Notes under the pieces: generated by a model | The model's database searches: none | Told to the model about the DNA's origin: nothing | Seen by the model: only the letters and a program-made list of their open reading frames with translations | Part shown: in pieces, positions 62,268 through 64,000 of the stretch | Layout of the letters: each line of letters begins with the position of its first letter | Position numbering within the stretch: position 1 is the stretch's first letter | Source: an uncultured Pseudomonadota bacterium | GTDB lineage: Bacteria > Pseudomonadota > Alphaproteobacteria > JACZXZ01 | Assembly: GCA_963749075.1 (NCBI GenBank) | Contig: CAVVLJ010000017.1 | Location: 1,024,001-1,088,000, forward strand | Reading direction: 5' to 3' | DNA length: 64,000 bases | Program-made: the position numbers and the translations under genes

Positions 62268-62609
62268 TCAGACCTTGAGCGCAGCCCGGGTCGCCTTGTC
62301 GAGGTGCCCGGTGGCCTTGAGGCCGTGGGCCTGCTGGTAGCTCTTGATCGCCGCGCGCGTCTTCGGGCCCCAGATACCGTCAACCGTCAGGCTGGCGCCT
62401 TCCTTGTTGAGGGCCTCCTGGACGGCTTTCAGCTTGGCGCTGCCGGCGTGGTGATGGTGGTGGTGCATCACGTGCTTCATGGGCATGGCCGGAGCTGCCG
62501 TGGCCGGAGCCGGCGTGGTCTGCGCGGCGGCGGTCAGCGGCAGAACTGTCGCAGCCCCGAACAGCAGGGCAACGGAGAGAGCTGCGAAGCGGATGGTCAA
62601 CGTCGTCAT
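62268..62609 (-). CDS. Small secreted peptidoglycan-binding (PG_binding_1) protein with His tract
   Basis: Signal peptide; VQEAL...VDGIWGPKTRAAIKSYQ---GL--TG motif; HHHHHH. Confidence 0.85.
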   Translation of the reverse strand: MTTLTIRFAALSVALLFGAATVLPLTAAAQTTPAPATAAPAMPMKHVMHHHHHHAGSAKLKAVQEALNKEGASLTVDGIWGPKTRAAIKSYQQAHGLKATGHLDKATRAALKV

Positions 62610-62928
62610 TGTTGCGCTCCTGTGGAAACGAGGACGGTGTGTCAGGAATACTACTACCAGCAACGCCTATATTCTTACAAGCGAGTGTATGAGGAAATAT
62701 TTTTCGGTCAATCCCCTTGGCGCTTTTCTCTCTGCGATTTCGCGGGCGCCGGCCGCCGGGATGGCTGCTGCTGGACATCGGGCAGCAGAGCGTGTACGGG
62801 GCTGCCGTCGCCATGCGGTGCCGCGCCGCCGCGGGCTTCCCTGCCGAGGCAGGCGCCAAGCGCCCTGCTATGATGGCGGCAGGCAATGCCGGCACTCCAT
62901 CCGGCTGCATCTCGAAGTTGGAGGGTCC

Positions 62929-63630
62929 TTGGCCGCGACGACGAAGCTCAACGGTGCGGAGCTGACGCTCGATCCCTCGGGTGCCGTGTGGTGGCCGGAG
63001 CGCTCGACGCTCGTCTTGGCCGACCTCCATCTCGAGAGTGGTCCCGACTCCGCGAACGGCGGCCGCCTCCTGCCGCCCCACGGCGCGCGCGCGACGGTCA
63101 AGCGGCTCGCCGTCGTGCTGCGCCGCTATCGGCCCCGCCGAGTGCTGGCGCTCGGCGCCGGCTACCGGGAGGATTCGGAGCGCATCGAGGCGGCCAACCT
63201 CGCCGTGCTGGCACCGCTCACCGCCGAGCGCGAGTGGCTGTGGATCGCGGGCGACCACGATGCCCCGGCGCTTCCGGCACCCGGCGGGCCGGCGCGGGCG
63301 GAGCTCGCGCTCGAGCCCCTCGTCTTCCGCCACCGGCCGGCCGAGGGTCCTGCCGCCGGCGAGGTGTGCGGGCAGCTTCACCCAAAGGCGGCGGTGCGGG
63401 TGCGCGGCCGGCGCATCTCGGGCCGCTGTTTCGTGACCGACGGCGCCCGTCTCGTCATGCCCGCCTTCGGCGCCTATACGGGCGGCCTCGATGCGCTCGA
63501 TCCGGCGATCGCCGGTCTCTTCGAGGGCCAGGTGCGCGTCTATCTCATCGGACGCGACACCATCTACCTCTTCGCCGCGGAGCGGCTCGAGGGCGCGCGC
63601 CAGACCGCCCCGGCGGCGATTGCGCGTTGA
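62929..63630 (+). CDS. PdeM-like metallophosphoesterase (ligase-associated family) with degenerate metal motifs
   Basis: SGAVWWP, ADLHLE, LHPKA and MPAFGAYTGGL family motifs; TTG start after GGAGG. Confidence 0.8.
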   Translation: MAATTKLNGAELTLDPSGAVWWPERSTLVLADLHLESGPDSANGGRLLPPHGARATVKRLAVVLRRYRPRRVLALGAGYREDSERIEAANLAVLAPLTAEREWLWIAGDHDAPALPAPGGPARAELALEPLVFRHRPAEGPAAGEVCGQLHPKAAVRVRGRRISGRCFVTDGARLVMPAFGAYTGGLDALDPAIAGLFEGQVRVYLIGRDTIYLFAAERLEGARQTAPAAIAR

Positions 63631-63642
63631 CGAGGGCCTTCC

Positions 63643-64000
63643 TCAGCGCACCGTGGAATTGTAGCGGAAGTCGAGCAGCCGGCCCTTGCTGTCGACATAT
63701 TGCTCCCTGACGAGCAACCCGTTATCGGCGTACCACAAGTCGCGCACGAGATCACCCGAGGCGGTGACGTGGCGCGCCTGCGCGTCGGCGCCCGCCACCT
63801 CGATCGGCTCCAGGGCACCCTCGGCGAAGTGCGGGGAGAGAATTCGCCCGCTGCCAAGATCGAGCACCGGTTGCCCTTTCGTCATCTCGATCGACCATAG
63901 GGTCGAAGGCACCAGGCCGGCCGGCACCGGAATTGCCCCCGCGGGGCCGCGGACCGTCGGCCCTTGCGCCGTCTGGTCGATATCGACCTCGATGGGTTTG
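63643..64000 (-). CDS. DUF6134-like protein, C-terminal part (5' end beyond window)
   Basis: Open frame to the window end; PSTLW, D--SG and GDL-RDLWY---G-L pattern. Confidence 0.55.
   Translation of the reverse strand, partial: KPIEVDIDQTAQGPTVRGPAGAIPVPAGLVPSTLWSIEMTKGQPVLDLGSGRILSPHFAEGALEPIEVAGADAQARHVTASGDLVRDLWYADNGLLVREQYVDSKGRLLDFRYNSTVR

Overview
A roughly 70%-GC chromosomal window from an Alphaproteobacterium. The taxonomic call rests on alpha-type LexA boxes before recA, a one-Cys DksA, the aroQ-accB-accC order and C/G-run REP-like palindromes. Housekeeping genes are pssA/psd, icd, alaS, recA, dksA, aroQ-accBC, betA, kdgK-eda and a TPP-riboswitch-led thiO-thiS-thiG-thiE operon. Accessory content has three parts. 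(1) A lower-GC defence islet at about 1.8-4.9 kb holds an Mrr-type nuclease with a small unknown partner ORF, a decayed tRNA-Lys 3' fragment that looks like an att scar, vapBC, and a truncated parE with its antitoxin. It splits a divergent ComDE-like / CoA-transferase-like / TauE cluster. (2) A 16-kb type VI secretion cluster (tssH-hcp-vgrG-DUF6931-like-tagH-tssJKLM-tagF-pppA) lacks sheath, baseplate-wedge, PAAR, kinase and effector genes. It is preceded by a 4x14-bp tandem repeat and followed convergently by a small TIR-like protein that appears to lack the catalytic Glu. (3) Several apparent pseudoenzymes occur, plus two genes each broken by a single-base insertion. All family calls come from motif recognition by eye; no database search was run.
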